This document shows positions 51,512 through 60,861 of a stretch of 64,000 nucleotides of DNA, one piece after another. Origin of the DNA: an uncultured Pseudoxanthomonas sp. (GTDB lineage: Bacteria; Pseudomonadota; Gammaproteobacteria; Xanthomonadales; Xanthomonadaceae). Under the pieces are notes generated by a model. That model worked only from the letters and a program-made list of their open reading frames with translations. It was not told where the DNA came from and made no database searches. The stretch lies in contig CAZLSG010000006.1 in NCBI GenBank assembly GCA_964562135.1, positions 1,068 through 65,067 of the forward strand. The letters run 5' to 3'. A program made the position numbers and the translations under genes. How positions within the stretch are numbered: position 1 is the stretch's first letter; each line of letters begins with the position of its first letter.

Positions 51512-52980
51512 CAGATGCCTCCGATGCACACGTACTTGAGCTCGGTGTAGTCGTGCAGCCCGTACTTCGAACCTTCGCGGCCCACGCCGGACTGCTTCAC
51601 CCCGCCGAACGGCGCGACCTCGGTGGAGATCAGTCCCGTGTTGACGCCGACGATGCCGCATTCCAGCGCTTCGGCCACGCGGAAGGCGCGGGCGAGGTCG
51701 CGGGTGTAGAAATAGCCGGCCAGGCCGGCCTCGGTATCGTTGGCCAGCGCGATGGCGTCCTTTTCCGCCTCGAAGCGAAACAGCGGCGCGACCGGGCCGA
51801 AGGTTTCCTCGTGGGCGATCTGCATGCCGGTATCGACGTCGAGCAACACCGTCGGCTCGTAGAACGTGCCACCGAGCGCGTGGCGCCTGCCGCCGATGGC
51901 GACCTTCGCGCCCTTGGCTCGCGCGTCGGCCACGTGTTCCTCCACCTTTGCCAGCGCGTTCGCATCGATCAGCGGGCCTTGCTCCGTCGCGCCGGCCAGG
52001 CCGTCGCCGACGCGCAGTTTCGCCACGGCTTCGACCAGCTTTTGCGCGAACGCGTCGTAGACGCCGTCCTGCACGAACAGGCGGTTGGCGCAGACGCAGG
52101 TCTGCCCGGTGTTGCGGTACTTGCTGGCGATGGCGCCTTCCACCGCCGCGTCGAGGTCGGCGTCGTCGAACACGATGAACGGTGCGTTGCCGCCGAGTTC
52201 CAGCGAGACGCGCTTCATGCCGTCGGCGCACTGCGCCATGAGTTTCTTGCCGACGCCGGTGGAGCCGGTGAAGCTGAGCTTGCGCACCTTCGGGTGGGCG
52301 GTCATCTCGCCGCCGATGGCGGCGGCATCGCGGCCGGTGACGATGTTGAGCACGCCCGCGGGGAGCCCGGCGCGTTCGGCCAGCACCGCGATGGCGAGCG
52401 CTGAATACGGCGTCTGCAGGGCGGGCTTGCAAACCACGGTGCAGCCGGCGGCCAGCGCCGGGCCGAGCTTGCGGCCAAGCATGGCGGACGGAAAGTTCCA
52501 CGGCGTGATCGCCGCGACCACGCCGACGGGCTGGCGCAGCACCATGATCCGCTTGTCGGCGGCGTGGCCGGGGATGGTGTCGCCATACATGCGCTTGGCC
52601 TCCTCGGCGAACCACTCGATGAAGCTGGCCGAATAGGCGACCTCACCCTTGGCTTCGGCGAGCGGCTTGCCCTGTTCGGCAGTCATCAGCGCTGCGAGGT
52701 CGTCCTGGTGTTCGAGCATCAGCGCGTACAGCCGGTGCAGCACCTGCGAGCGCTCCTTCGCGGTCTTCTTCGACCACGCGGGGAAGGTGGCGTGCGCGGC
52801 GTCGATGGCGCGGCGGGTCTCGTCCGCGCCCATGTCCGGCACGGTGCCGAGCACGGCGCCGGTGGCGGGATTGCGCACCTCGCAGAGGCCGCCGGCATCG
52901 GCGTCGCGCCATTCACCGCCGATGGGGCAGCGGGTGCGCAACAGGTCGGGATCGGACAGTGGCAGGGAGAAAGCAGGCAT
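51511..52980 (-). CDS. gabD: NAD(P)-dependent succinate-semialdehyde dehydrogenase
   Basis: 489 aa. Aldehyde dehydrogenase motifs ITPWNFP, FTGST.VG, ELGGNAP (catalytic Glu) and GQTCVCANR (catalytic Cys), in a GabD-like overall pattern. Confidence 0.9.
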   Translation of the reverse strand: MPAFSLPLSDPDLLRTRCPIGGEWRDADAGGLCEVRNPATGAVLGTVPDMGADETRRAIDAAHATFPAWSKKTAKERSQVLHRLYALMLEHQDDLAALMTAEQGKPLAEAKGEVAYSASFIEWFAEEAKRMYGDTIPGHAADKRIMVLRQPVGVVAAITPWNFPSAMLGRKLGPALAAGCTVVCKPALQTPYSALAIAVLAERAGLPAGVLNIVTGRDAAAIGGEMTAHPKVRKLSFTGSTGVGKKLMAQCADGMKRVSLELGGNAPFIVFDDADLDAAVEGAIASKYRNTGQTCVCANRLFVQDGVYDAFAQKLVEAVAKLRVGDGLAGATEQGPLIDANALAKVEEHVADARAKGAKVAIGGRRHALGGTFYEPTVLLDVDTGMQIAHEETFGPVAPLFRFEAEKDAIALANDTEAGLAGYFYTRDLARAFRVAEALECGIVGVNTGLISTEVAPFGGVKQSGVGREGSKYGLHDYTELKYVCIGGI

Positions 52981-52990
52981 GGGTGGGCTC

Positions 52991-54178
52991 TTAAGTGTCC
53001 GAGGGCAGTCGGTCGATGCGGTGCGCGGCGGCCAGCATGGCGACCATGGAAACCGCAAGTGACGCGATGGCGGTCGCGATCAGGAAGGGGAAATCATCGT
53101 TGGTCAGCAACCGGCCGGCCAGCATCGGGCCGGAGGCGAGGCCGAGTTTGGAGACGAAGCCGCCGAGCGTGGCCAGCCGCCCGGAGACATCCAGCCGCGA
53201 CAGCATGCCGAACAGGTACGGCACCACGAACGACCAGGTGATCGCGGTACCGACGTTGGCGATGAAGAACACCGGCCGCATCCCGCTCCAGAAGAACCCG
53301 GCGGTGCCGGCGAGCGTGAGCAGCATTGCGGCCAGCAGCGGGCGCAGGCGGCCGAAGCGGGTGTCCATGAAGATGACGAGCCCGGCGCCGGCCGCGCCGA
53401 TCCAGGTCGCCCAGCCCAGCGCCTGGCCGATGAAGTCGCGGCCCAGCGCGAAGTGTTCGCCCAGCCGGATGATGAAGGCCGAGAGCGCCATGTTGCCGGC
53501 CTGGAACAGGAACAGGGCGAGCAGCACGAGCAGCGCGGTCGTGCGCGCCGGCGCGGACAGGCGCGCCGCTGCGGCGGCATCGGCCCGCCGCGTCTCGTCG
53601 AAGCGCGGGATCGCTGACAGCGCGACCAGCGCACAGACCGTCAGCGCCGCCAGCGACAGGAACAGGATCCGGGCGCCGTAGTCCGGAACCAGGGTCGGCA
53701 GGAACATCACGCCAAGGCCGCCGAGGCCGAACTGCACCAGCAGCAGCATGCCGAAGGCGCGGTCCGGGGAGTGCGTGCGCGCCATCACCGAGTAAGTCAC
53801 GCCCACCGCCAGTCCGCCGATCAGCCCGTGCAGTCCGCGCAGCGCGGTGAGCAGGCCGGGGTCGCGCACGGCGGTCGAACCCAGGTCGATCAGCAGCAGC
53901 AGCGACAGCAGCGCATACAGCGTCGGCCGCCACGCGATGCGCCGTACCAGCAGCACCGCGACGAAGCTGCCGACGCTGGCGCCATAGATGTTCGCGGCGC
54001 CCACCGTGCCCGCCTGCGGGTTGCTGAAGCCCAGCCCGGTCACCAGGCCATCGACGATGGCCGCCATGATGTTGACGTAGAAAAAGCCCGCGGTGGCGAC
54101 CAGCGCCAGCAGCGCGTACAGCCACAGCCGGTCGGGCGCCTGGGGGCGAAGTGCGGCATTGTGCGGGGAGTCGGTCAT
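52991..54178 (-). CDS. MFS transporter, unknown substrate
   Basis: 395 aa from the ATG at 54176-54178, about 12 TM helices. The start overlaps the sulfotransferase stop by 4 nt. Confidence 0.8.
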   Translation of the reverse strand: MTDSPHNAALRPQAPDRLWLYALLALVATAGFFYVNIMAAIVDGLVTGLGFSNPQAGTVGAANIYGASVGSFVAVLLVRRIAWRPTLYALLSLLLLIDLGSTAVRDPGLLTALRGLHGLIGGLAVGVTYSVMARTHSPDRAFGMLLLVQFGLGGLGVMFLPTLVPDYGARILFLSLAALTVCALVALSAIPRFDETRRADAAAAARLSAPARTTALLVLLALFLFQAGNMALSAFIIRLGEHFALGRDFIGQALGWATWIGAAGAGLVIFMDTRFGRLRPLLAAMLLTLAGTAGFFWSGMRPVFFIANVGTAITWSFVVPYLFGMLSRLDVSGRLATLGGFVSKLGLASGPMLAGRLLTNDDFPFLIATAIASLAVSMVAMLAAAHRIDRLPSDT

Positions 54179-55581
54179 GCGCGGGTGTCCCTGTTGCCGT
54201 CGATTCGCGCGCCGGCGTTCTCGAGGAAGCGGCGCAATGGCGCCAGTTCGTGTTGGTGGCGCCGCCACAGTCCCACCGACGAACGGTGGATCGGCTGCCG
54301 CACCTGGGCCGCGCTGGCGGTCAGGGTCGGTTGCGGGTTGTGCTCGAAGCGCAGGCAGGCCTCATCCCAGTCCAGTCCCGCGTGCGTGACCAGCCGGCGG
54401 CTGACCGTTTCCTGATCGGTCACCAGCGACTCATAGTCGATTTCGAGCAGGCGGTCCGCGGGCAATACCCGTCGCCAGTGCGCCATCAGCGCGTCGTAGC
54501 CCAGCCAGTAGCGGCCCAAGTCGTCCAGATCGTAGGAAAACGGATAGGCCATGCGGAACAGTGTCTTGTACATGGCATAGCACGCGTCCATCGGGTCGCG
54601 GCGCAGGTGGACGATGCGCGCCTGCGGCAGCGCGGCGGTGATCAGCCCGAGGTACAGGAAGTTGCCCGGCGTCTTGTCGATCACCCGCACCTGCGGGCCG
54701 GCGGGCAGGGTGTTGCAATAGGCGCGGCCCAGGGTGGCGAAATCCAGTTGCGCCGAGCGCCGGACCAGATCGGCCTTGCCGTCGGCCTTGCCGGCCAGCC
54801 GCACCACCGCCTGCGCGAAGTCGACGCTTTCGCCACGGCTGGCGACGGCAGGGTGCGAGGACAGGATACGGTCGACCAAGGTGGTGCCGCTGCGCGGCAG
54901 GCCAACCACGAACAGCGGGCGTTCGTCGACATGGCTGTCGCGGACCATGGAGAAGAAACCGGCGTCGAAGGCCTGTTCGATCAGGCGCAGGGTTTCCAGA
55001 TCGCCGGCCACATCGTAGCGCAGGCGCCGGCGGCGCAGGCCGGCCCCCTCGCGCAGGGCAGCGAACGATTCCGGATGCCGGCCCAGGTCTTCCAGTTCCT
55101 TGGCCAGCGCATAGCACAGCGGGACGCGGCACGGATCGGACGGCGGCACCTGGCGCAGGCGCGCCCGCAGTGCGTCCACGTGGTTGCTCGCGGCGGTCTG
55201 CCGGCGCAGGGTGGAGCGGTTGTACCAGGCATCGGCGTCGCCGGGCGTCAGTTCGACCACCCGGTCGAGCAGGGCCTCGGCCTGTTCCATCCGGCCCAGC
55301 GCAAGCAGCGAGGTGGCGTGGTTGTACAGGCCATGCGGATCGTCCGGCCGCAATGCGGTCGCCTTGGCATGGCAGCGCTCGGCCTGGACATGCCGTTCCA
55401 GCAGGGTGCAGCGCAGGCCGATCTCCAGCAGCAGGTCGGCCTGGCCGGACGCGGATTCCTCCAGCGCTTCCAGTGCGGCCACGCAAGCATCGATGTCGCC
55501 TTGCCCATGCAACGCATCCACCCGCCGCAGCGCATCGGCCGCGGCGGGTGTGGGATCCGGCTGGCGCGGCGCCACCGTCAC
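54175..55581 (-). CDS. TPR-repeat / sulfotransferase family protein
   Basis: N-terminal TPR-like repeats of about 200 aa. The sulfotransferase 5'-PSB loop is VVGLPRSGTTLVDRIL. No signal peptide. The GTG start lies 1 nt after the TBDR stop. Confidence 0.8.
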   Translation of the reverse strand: MTVAPRQPDPTPAAADALRRVDALHGQGDIDACVAALEALEESASGQADLLLEIGLRCTLLERHVQAERCHAKATALRPDDPHGLYNHATSLLALGRMEQAEALLDRVVELTPGDADAWYNRSTLRRQTAASNHVDALRARLRQVPPSDPCRVPLCYALAKELEDLGRHPESFAALREGAGLRRRRLRYDVAGDLETLRLIEQAFDAGFFSMVRDSHVDERPLFVVGLPRSGTTLVDRILSSHPAVASRGESVDFAQAVVRLAGKADGKADLVRRSAQLDFATLGRAYCNTLPAGPQVRVIDKTPGNFLYLGLITAALPQARIVHLRRDPMDACYAMYKTLFRMAYPFSYDLDDLGRYWLGYDALMAHWRRVLPADRLLEIDYESLVTDQETVSRRLVTHAGLDWDEACLRFEHNPQPTLTASAAQVRQPIHRSSVGLWRRHQHELAPLRRFLENAGARIDGNRDTRA

Positions 55582-55582
55582 C

Positions 55583-57982
55583 TCAGAATCGGTAACTGAC
55601 GGTAAGCCCGAGCGTCCGCGGCAGGGTGACCAGTTCCTTGGAGCCGTTGCCGTAGTAGCCCTCCGACGGCGCGGTGCCCATGTATTCCTCGGTATAGACG
55701 CCGGTGACGCCGGCCTCGTTGGTCACGTTCTTCATCCACAGGGTGAAGTCCCAGTTGCCGGTGCCGTAGTTGGCCGACAAATTGAACAGCGAGAACCCGT
55801 CCAGGGTACGCTGGAACCGCGGACTGAGGCTGAGTGCGTTTTCCATCTCCGACTGGTAGTAGGCGTCGCCGCGCAGGGTCAGCAGGCCGTTGCCCATCGG
55901 GATGCCGTAGCTGGCGGCGGCATTGAAGCGGTGTTCGGGCACGCCGGGCAGCGAACCGCCCCTGTAGCCATAGGTGAAGCCGTCGACGGAGACCGCGTCG
56001 CGTTCCAACTGGGCCTTGGTGTAGGTGTAGCCCAGGCTGTAGCCGAAGCCGGTGAATGCATGCGAGGCCAGTTCCAGCTCGACGCCGCGCGTACTCGCCC
56101 GCTCCGCGTTCTGCACCGCGAAGAAACCCCACCAGGTCGTGGCGCTGTTGACCTGCGGATTTTTCCAGTCCACGTAGAACACGTTGGCGTTGTAGGTCGT
56201 GGCCCTGCCGAGGCGGCCCTTCAGGCCCACTTCGTGGTTGCGCACGGTATCGGACCTGTAGGTGGTCCAGCCGGGACTCTCGGCGAAGTTGCCGGTGGTC
56301 GGCGTGCCGTTGCTGCCGCCGCGGCGGTAACCCTCCGAAACCGTGGCATAGAGCTGGTTGCCGTCGTTGAAGAACCACGACATGTTGGCCTTGAACAGGG
56401 TGCGGGAGGTGGATTCGCTGCTTTGCGAGAACGAACTGTCCCTGAAGATCCCCTCCCATACGCCGGTGGTCTGGGCGACGCTGGTGTCGGAATCGAGCTT
56501 GAAGTGGCGGAGGCCGCCGGTGAAGCTCAGCCGGTCGCTGGCGTGCCAGGTCAGCTCGCCGTAGGCCGCGGTTTCCTTGAAACGCTCGTCCTGGCGGTAG
56601 TCGAAGTCCACGTCGCCGGAGACGGCATCCTCGGCGCCGGGGACGAGGGTATCCCAATAGCGCTTGAATCCGACCAGGTGGCTCATCTGCGTGGCGTAGC
56701 GCTTCTGGTCCTGATAGTACGCGCCGAGCACGTAGTCGAACGCGCCGCCGCTCTTGGAGGTCAGCCGCAGTTCCTGGGTGAAGGCCTTGTCGCCGTAGCT
56801 GCGCACGGCCGAGGCCATCGGCCGCGGGTAGCTGAGGTAGTCGCTGATCCAGCCGAGCTGCGCGTAGAAGCCGGTGTTCTCGCTGGTGATGTTGCCCTCG
56901 TGATCGTAATCGGAGGTGCTGGAGGTCAGGGTGGCGAAGCCCAGGTCGAAGCTCGCTTCCAGGCCCAGCATGTCCACGCGCCGGTCCGCCGGCTCGAGCT
57001 GGACCGAGCCGATCTCCAGGTCGCGGTAGGGCTCGCCCCAGCCGTCGGTGCCCAGGGTGGTGGCGCGACGGCCGCCGAAACGGTCGCGCTGGGCGGTATA
57101 GCTCAGCACCGCATCGAAGGTGTCGTTGGGCTTCCAGCGCAGCGCGGCGCGGCCGTAGGTCTGCCTGACGAAGTCCGCGTCGCGCACGTTCTCGTATTCG
57201 GCCGCCGGATCCAGCACGCCATTCGGCGCCACCGGCAGCCCGTCGGCGTCGAGCTTGTACACGTTGCGGTAGTCGGTCACGCCCGGGAAGTCGTTGATCG
57301 TGCCGTTGACGCGCAGCGCCAAGGAGTCGGCGACCGGGATGTTGACCATGTACGACTGCGACATGCCGATGCTGCTGGAGCCGCTCACGCTGGACGCGCT
57401 GGTGCTGACCCGCGCGTCCCATTCGCCGACCTCGGGCTGGCGCAGGATGTAGCGCACCGCGCCGCCCAGCGCGCCGGAGCCGTACAGGGTGCCCTGTGGG
57501 CCGCGCAGCACTTCCACCCGGTCGATGTCGGACAACAGGAAGTTGGCGAAGATCGGCGTGTTGTCGACGTAGGTGGCGACCGTGGCGTTGGCCGAGACGG
57601 CGTAATCGCCCAGCGCCGAGCTGTCCACGTTGAGGCCGCGGATGCGGATGCCGCTGACCACGCTGGAATTGCGCGCGCCGCGGTCGGTGACCGCCACGCC
57701 GACCATGCCGCGCAGCAACTCGGCCGTGTCGAGGATGTTGCCCTGCTCGATTTGTTCGCCCGACACCGCGCTGATGTTGTAGGGCACGGCCATGATGTCC
57801 TGCTCGCGGCCCTGCGCGGTGACCACCACGGTTCCGAGTTCGGTGGGATCGGCAGGCTCCGCCTCCTGGGTCTCCTGGGCGAAGGCCGGCGCCTGTGCCA
57901 ACAGGCCGGCGACGACGGCCACGGCGAGCCGGGAGGCGCGCGGTCGGCGGAATGAGTGGTTGCGTGAATGCGGTGTGCTCAT
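55583..57982 (-). CDS. TonB-dependent receptor
   Basis: 799 aa from the ATG at 57980-57982, preceded by GGAGG. Signal peptide ..LLAQAPAFA. Plug domain (LGTVVVTAQGREQDI.., DRVEVLRGPQGTLYGSGALGG). C-terminal beta-barrel ending LTVSYRF. Confidence 0.9.
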   Translation of the reverse strand: MSTPHSRNHSFRRPRASRLAVAVVAGLLAQAPAFAQETQEAEPADPTELGTVVVTAQGREQDIMAVPYNISAVSGEQIEQGNILDTAELLRGMVGVAVTDRGARNSSVVSGIRIRGLNVDSSALGDYAVSANATVATYVDNTPIFANFLLSDIDRVEVLRGPQGTLYGSGALGGAVRYILRQPEVGEWDARVSTSASSVSGSSSIGMSQSYMVNIPVADSLALRVNGTINDFPGVTDYRNVYKLDADGLPVAPNGVLDPAAEYENVRDADFVRQTYGRAALRWKPNDTFDAVLSYTAQRDRFGGRRATTLGTDGWGEPYRDLEIGSVQLEPADRRVDMLGLEASFDLGFATLTSSTSDYDHEGNITSENTGFYAQLGWISDYLSYPRPMASAVRSYGDKAFTQELRLTSKSGGAFDYVLGAYYQDQKRYATQMSHLVGFKRYWDTLVPGAEDAVSGDVDFDYRQDERFKETAAYGELTWHASDRLSFTGGLRHFKLDSDTSVAQTTGVWEGIFRDSSFSQSSESTSRTLFKANMSWFFNDGNQLYATVSEGYRRGGSNGTPTTGNFAESPGWTTYRSDTVRNHEVGLKGRLGRATTYNANVFYVDWKNPQVNSATTWWGFFAVQNAERASTRGVELELASHAFTGFGYSLGYTYTKAQLERDAVSVDGFTYGYRGGSLPGVPEHRFNAAASYGIPMGNGLLTLRGDAYYQSEMENALSLSPRFQRTLDGFSLFNLSANYGTGNWDFTLWMKNVTNEAGVTGVYTEEYMGTAPSEGYYGNGSKELVTLPRTLGLTVSYRF

Positions 57983-58035
57983 CTTGTTGGCCTCCCCAGG
58001 CAATGGATCGGAAACGTGTTGGATAGGTGGCAGGG

Positions 58036-58905
58036 TCATTCGCGTCCGGGAAGCCGCAGTGGCCCGAGCGCATCGAATGCGGCCGACGGTGCGCGCGCGG
58101 CACCGTAGGCGGGAAAGACCACCGGGTGGTCGCGGAAACTCTTGAGCGGCTGGCCCAGGCCGTGCCAACCGCGCTCGCGGCAGCGGCGCAGGTACGCGAA
58201 ATCGGCCTCGAAGGCGATGACCTCGCGGCCTTCGCCGGCCTGGTGGATCACCTCGCCGCCGGGCCCGCAGACCACCGAGCGGCCCACGCCGAGGTCACCG
58301 GCGACGTTGACGTCGACGAAGTAGCACTGGTTGGTGGCCGCGCTGGCGCGGGCGATCGCGATCTCCACGTCGCGGTCGATGGTGTTGGTCATGGTCGGGT
58401 GCAGGATCACTTCCGCGCCCAGGCTGGCCAGCGAGCGCGTGGTTTCCGGGAACCACATGTCGTAGCAGATCGACACGCCGAAGCGACCGGCGCCGGGCAC
58501 GTCGAAGATCACGAACTCGTTGCCCGGCGCGACGTCGCGCTCGTAGGGCGCGAACGGGTAGATCTTCCGGTAGCGCGCGATGACGTTGCCATCCGGGTCG
58601 ATCACCGGCGTGGTGTTGTAAACCTTGCCGTCGCGGCGCTCGTACAGCGAGCCGGGAATCAGCCACAGGCCGTGCTGGCGCGCCAGTTCGCGCAGGAACG
58701 CCTCGGCATCGCCCGGCATGCACTGGGCGAAGTCGGGCGATGCGCCGTAGCAGCCCAGTTCGCCCAGCAGCACCATGCGCACCCACGGGAAGCGGCGGGC
58801 GACGCCGCGGATCTCGGCGGCGATCCGCTCCAGATTGTCGCCGGGCGCGTGGGCGAGCTGCAGGCCGGCGATGCCGAATCCCGGATTGGTGGGCTGAGTG
58901 TCCAA
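58036..58905 (-). CDS. carbon-nitrogen hydrolase family protein (nitrilase/amidase superfamily)
   Basis: Glu-Lys-Cys triad context: LLGELG, YRKIYPF, VSICYDMWFPE. TTG start preceded by ACGGAG at 6-nt spacing. Confidence 0.8.
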   Translation of the reverse strand: MDTQPTNPGFGIAGLQLAHAPGDNLERIAAEIRGVARRFPWVRMVLLGELGCYGASPDFAQCMPGDAEAFLRELARQHGLWLIPGSLYERRDGKVYNTTPVIDPDGNVIARYRKIYPFAPYERDVAPGNEFVIFDVPGAGRFGVSICYDMWFPETTRSLASLGAEVILHPTMTNTIDRDVEIAIARASAATNQCYFVDVNVAGDLGVGRSVVCGPGGEVIHQAGEGREVIAFEADFAYLRRCRERGWHGLGQPLKSFRDHPVVFPAYGAARAPSAAFDALGPLRLPGRE

Positions 58906-59016
58906 CTGTTGCTCCGTCGGGCCAGGTCAAGGCTCGACGTTGATGCGTGGACGGGTAATCCGATAGAGCCAGCAGCGGGATATCGATGGGGCCAGATGCG
59001 CGGTCCCGGCCCCTGC

Positions 59017-60825
59017 TCAGCGCTGCCGCCCGGCGCCCCGGCGGGCAGGACGGATGATCACCGCCGTGTCCATCAGTTGCCCGGCATCGCTGTACCAGCG
59101 CAACTGGTCGCCGTCGATGACGACCACGAAACCGACGGGCTCGCCGTAGGCCCAGTGCTGCCATTGCCGGAACCAGCGGTCGCCCTCGATCCACCAGTGG
59201 CCCTGGTCGCAGTCCTCGCCGCCGGCGCCGGCCACGCCGGTCATGCCGCCGTTGGCGTGCAACTCCAGCGTGCAGGGCTCGCCGTAGACCGTGTTGTACA
59301 GCAGCCGCACGCCGGACATCGCCTGCCGCAGCGCGCGGCCGCGCAGCGGCGCGACCGGATCCTGGTCCAGCCGGTGCGGTGCCGGCGCGAGATCGTCGCG
59401 CAGCAGTTGCGACAGTGCGCGCACGCCGTCGCGTATGCGCGCCTCGGGCAGGCTGGTGACGCCCATGCACAGGGCGTCCTGGCCGTCGTCGAGGCGCGCG
59501 GGCTCGACCAGCACGCCGATCGCCGCAGCCTGTCGTGCCAGTTCGCGCAGGTCCACGCCGTCGGCCAGCCTCAGCCAGTAGGCGCTGCCACCGGGCAGGG
59601 TGCGGATCGAGGCGCGTTCGTGCAGGTAGTGGTTCAGCGCGTCGCGCAGCGCAGTTTGCCGCCGTTGCAGCAGCCGCGATGCGCGCGCCAGCGCCGCCGA
59701 ATAGTGGCCCAGGCCGATGAAGTGGGCCCAGGCGCGTTGCAGCACCAGCGGCGGCGCGGTGCCCTGCGCGCGTCGCGCCTGGCGCAGGCGCTCGATCACC
59801 GCCGGCACGGCCGCGATCACGCCTGGCGGCTCGCCGCAGGACACCGACCGCGCCAGGCTGCCGACGTGGATCACCCGGCCTTCGGTGTCCAGCGCGCGCA
59901 GCGCCGGCGCGAGGCGCTCATGGCCGGTCGCGGCGGACGGCGCTTCGTGCTCGACCAGCACGCCGTCCGCGGCCGCGACCGCGTCCAGCAGGCGTTGCGG
60001 CTGCGTCGATCCGGCCTCGAACGCGCGCCGCGCGCTGGTCACCACCATCGCGCCCGGCGGCAATGGCCGCGCCAGATCCGGTTCGAGCAGCGAGACATCC
60101 ACCTGCCGCTCGCGCAGCCGGCGCTCGAACTCGGCGTCCGCCGGCGCCTCCAGCAGCACCGGGGCGCCGCGCCGCGCCAACAGGTCGCCGACCAATTGCA
60201 ACGCGTGCCGCGCCGACAACGTGACCAGCAACTGGTCGATGCCGGCGTCGATCCCGCGCCCCGGCAGCACCTTGCCGCGCAATTCGTCCAGCAGCACCGG
60301 ATCGTCGCCATCGCCGCTGCCGCGGTTCCATTCCTGCGTCTCGTGGCGCGCACTGGCCAGCCGCAATGCCTCGCGCCATTCGGCGACCGGCAGCAATTCC
60401 GGTTCCACGCGGCCGTCGATGAAGGGGAACGGATAGTGGTGCCAGTTGTTGGGGCAGCGGAAGCCGCCATCGTCGATCACCGGCAGCAGACGGGCGGCCA
60501 ACGCGGAATCGCACCCGCCGCCATTCTGGCCGGCGGCCACGACGCGGCGGCCCGGCACCCCGGCGGCCACGAAGATGCCGCTGCGCGCGCGGCCCACCAG
60601 ATGCCCTTCGGCGATCAGCGCGTCATAGGCCAGGCTGACCGTGTTGCGCGAAACGCCGATACGCGTGGCCAGCGCGCGCGAGGACGGCAGCCGCCGGCCA
60701 GGCCGCAGCACGCCGTTGTGGATGGCGTGGACGATCCGGTAGCGCAACTGGTGTTGCAGGCTCAGCGGGCTGGACGGATCCAGCACGATGTTCAGTTCAT
60801 CCACGGTGCGCGGCTCGCGTGTCAT
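59017..60825 (-). CDS. MocR/GabR-type regulator (GntR HTH + degenerate aminotransferase-like domain) with extra C-terminal domain
   Basis: GntR w[28 protein letters not shown]. Fold-type-I aminotransferase-like middle region. At the expected PLP-lysine position the sequence reads HVGSLARSV (Arg, codon 59848-59850). An extra ~110 aa at the C-terminus is Trp-rich. Confidence 0.8.
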   Translation of the reverse strand: MTREPRTVDELNIVLDPSSPLSLQHQLRYRIVHAIHNGVLRPGRRLPSSRALATRIGVSRNTVSLAYDALIAEGHLVGRARSGIFVAAGVPGRRVVAAGQNGGGCDSALAARLLPVIDDGGFRCPNNWHHYPFPFIDGRVEPELLPVAEWREALRLASARHETQEWNRGSGDGDDPVLLDELRGKVLPGRGIDAGIDQLLVTLSARHALQLVGDLLARRGAPVLLEAPADAEFERRLRERQVDVSLLEPDLARPLPPGAMVVTSARRAFEAGSTQPQRLLDAVAAADGVLVEHEAPSAATGHERLAPALRALDTEGRVIHVGSLARSVSCGEPPGVIAAVPAVIERLRQARRAQGTAPPLVLQRAWAHFIGLGHYSAALARASRLLQRRQTALRDALNHYLHERASIRTLPGGSAYWLRLADGVDLRELARQAAAIGVLVEPARLDDGQDALCMGVTSLPEARIRDGVRALSQLLRDDLAPAPHRLDQDPVAPLRGRALRQAMSGVRLLYNTVYGEPCTLELHANGGMTGVAGAGGEDCDQGHWWIEGDRWFRQWQHWAYGEPVGFVVVIDGDQLRWYSDAGQLMDTAVIIRPARRGAGRQR

Positions 60826-60861
60826 CCCCCGGCCCGCCCATGTTAGCGCCGTGGCGGCGTG

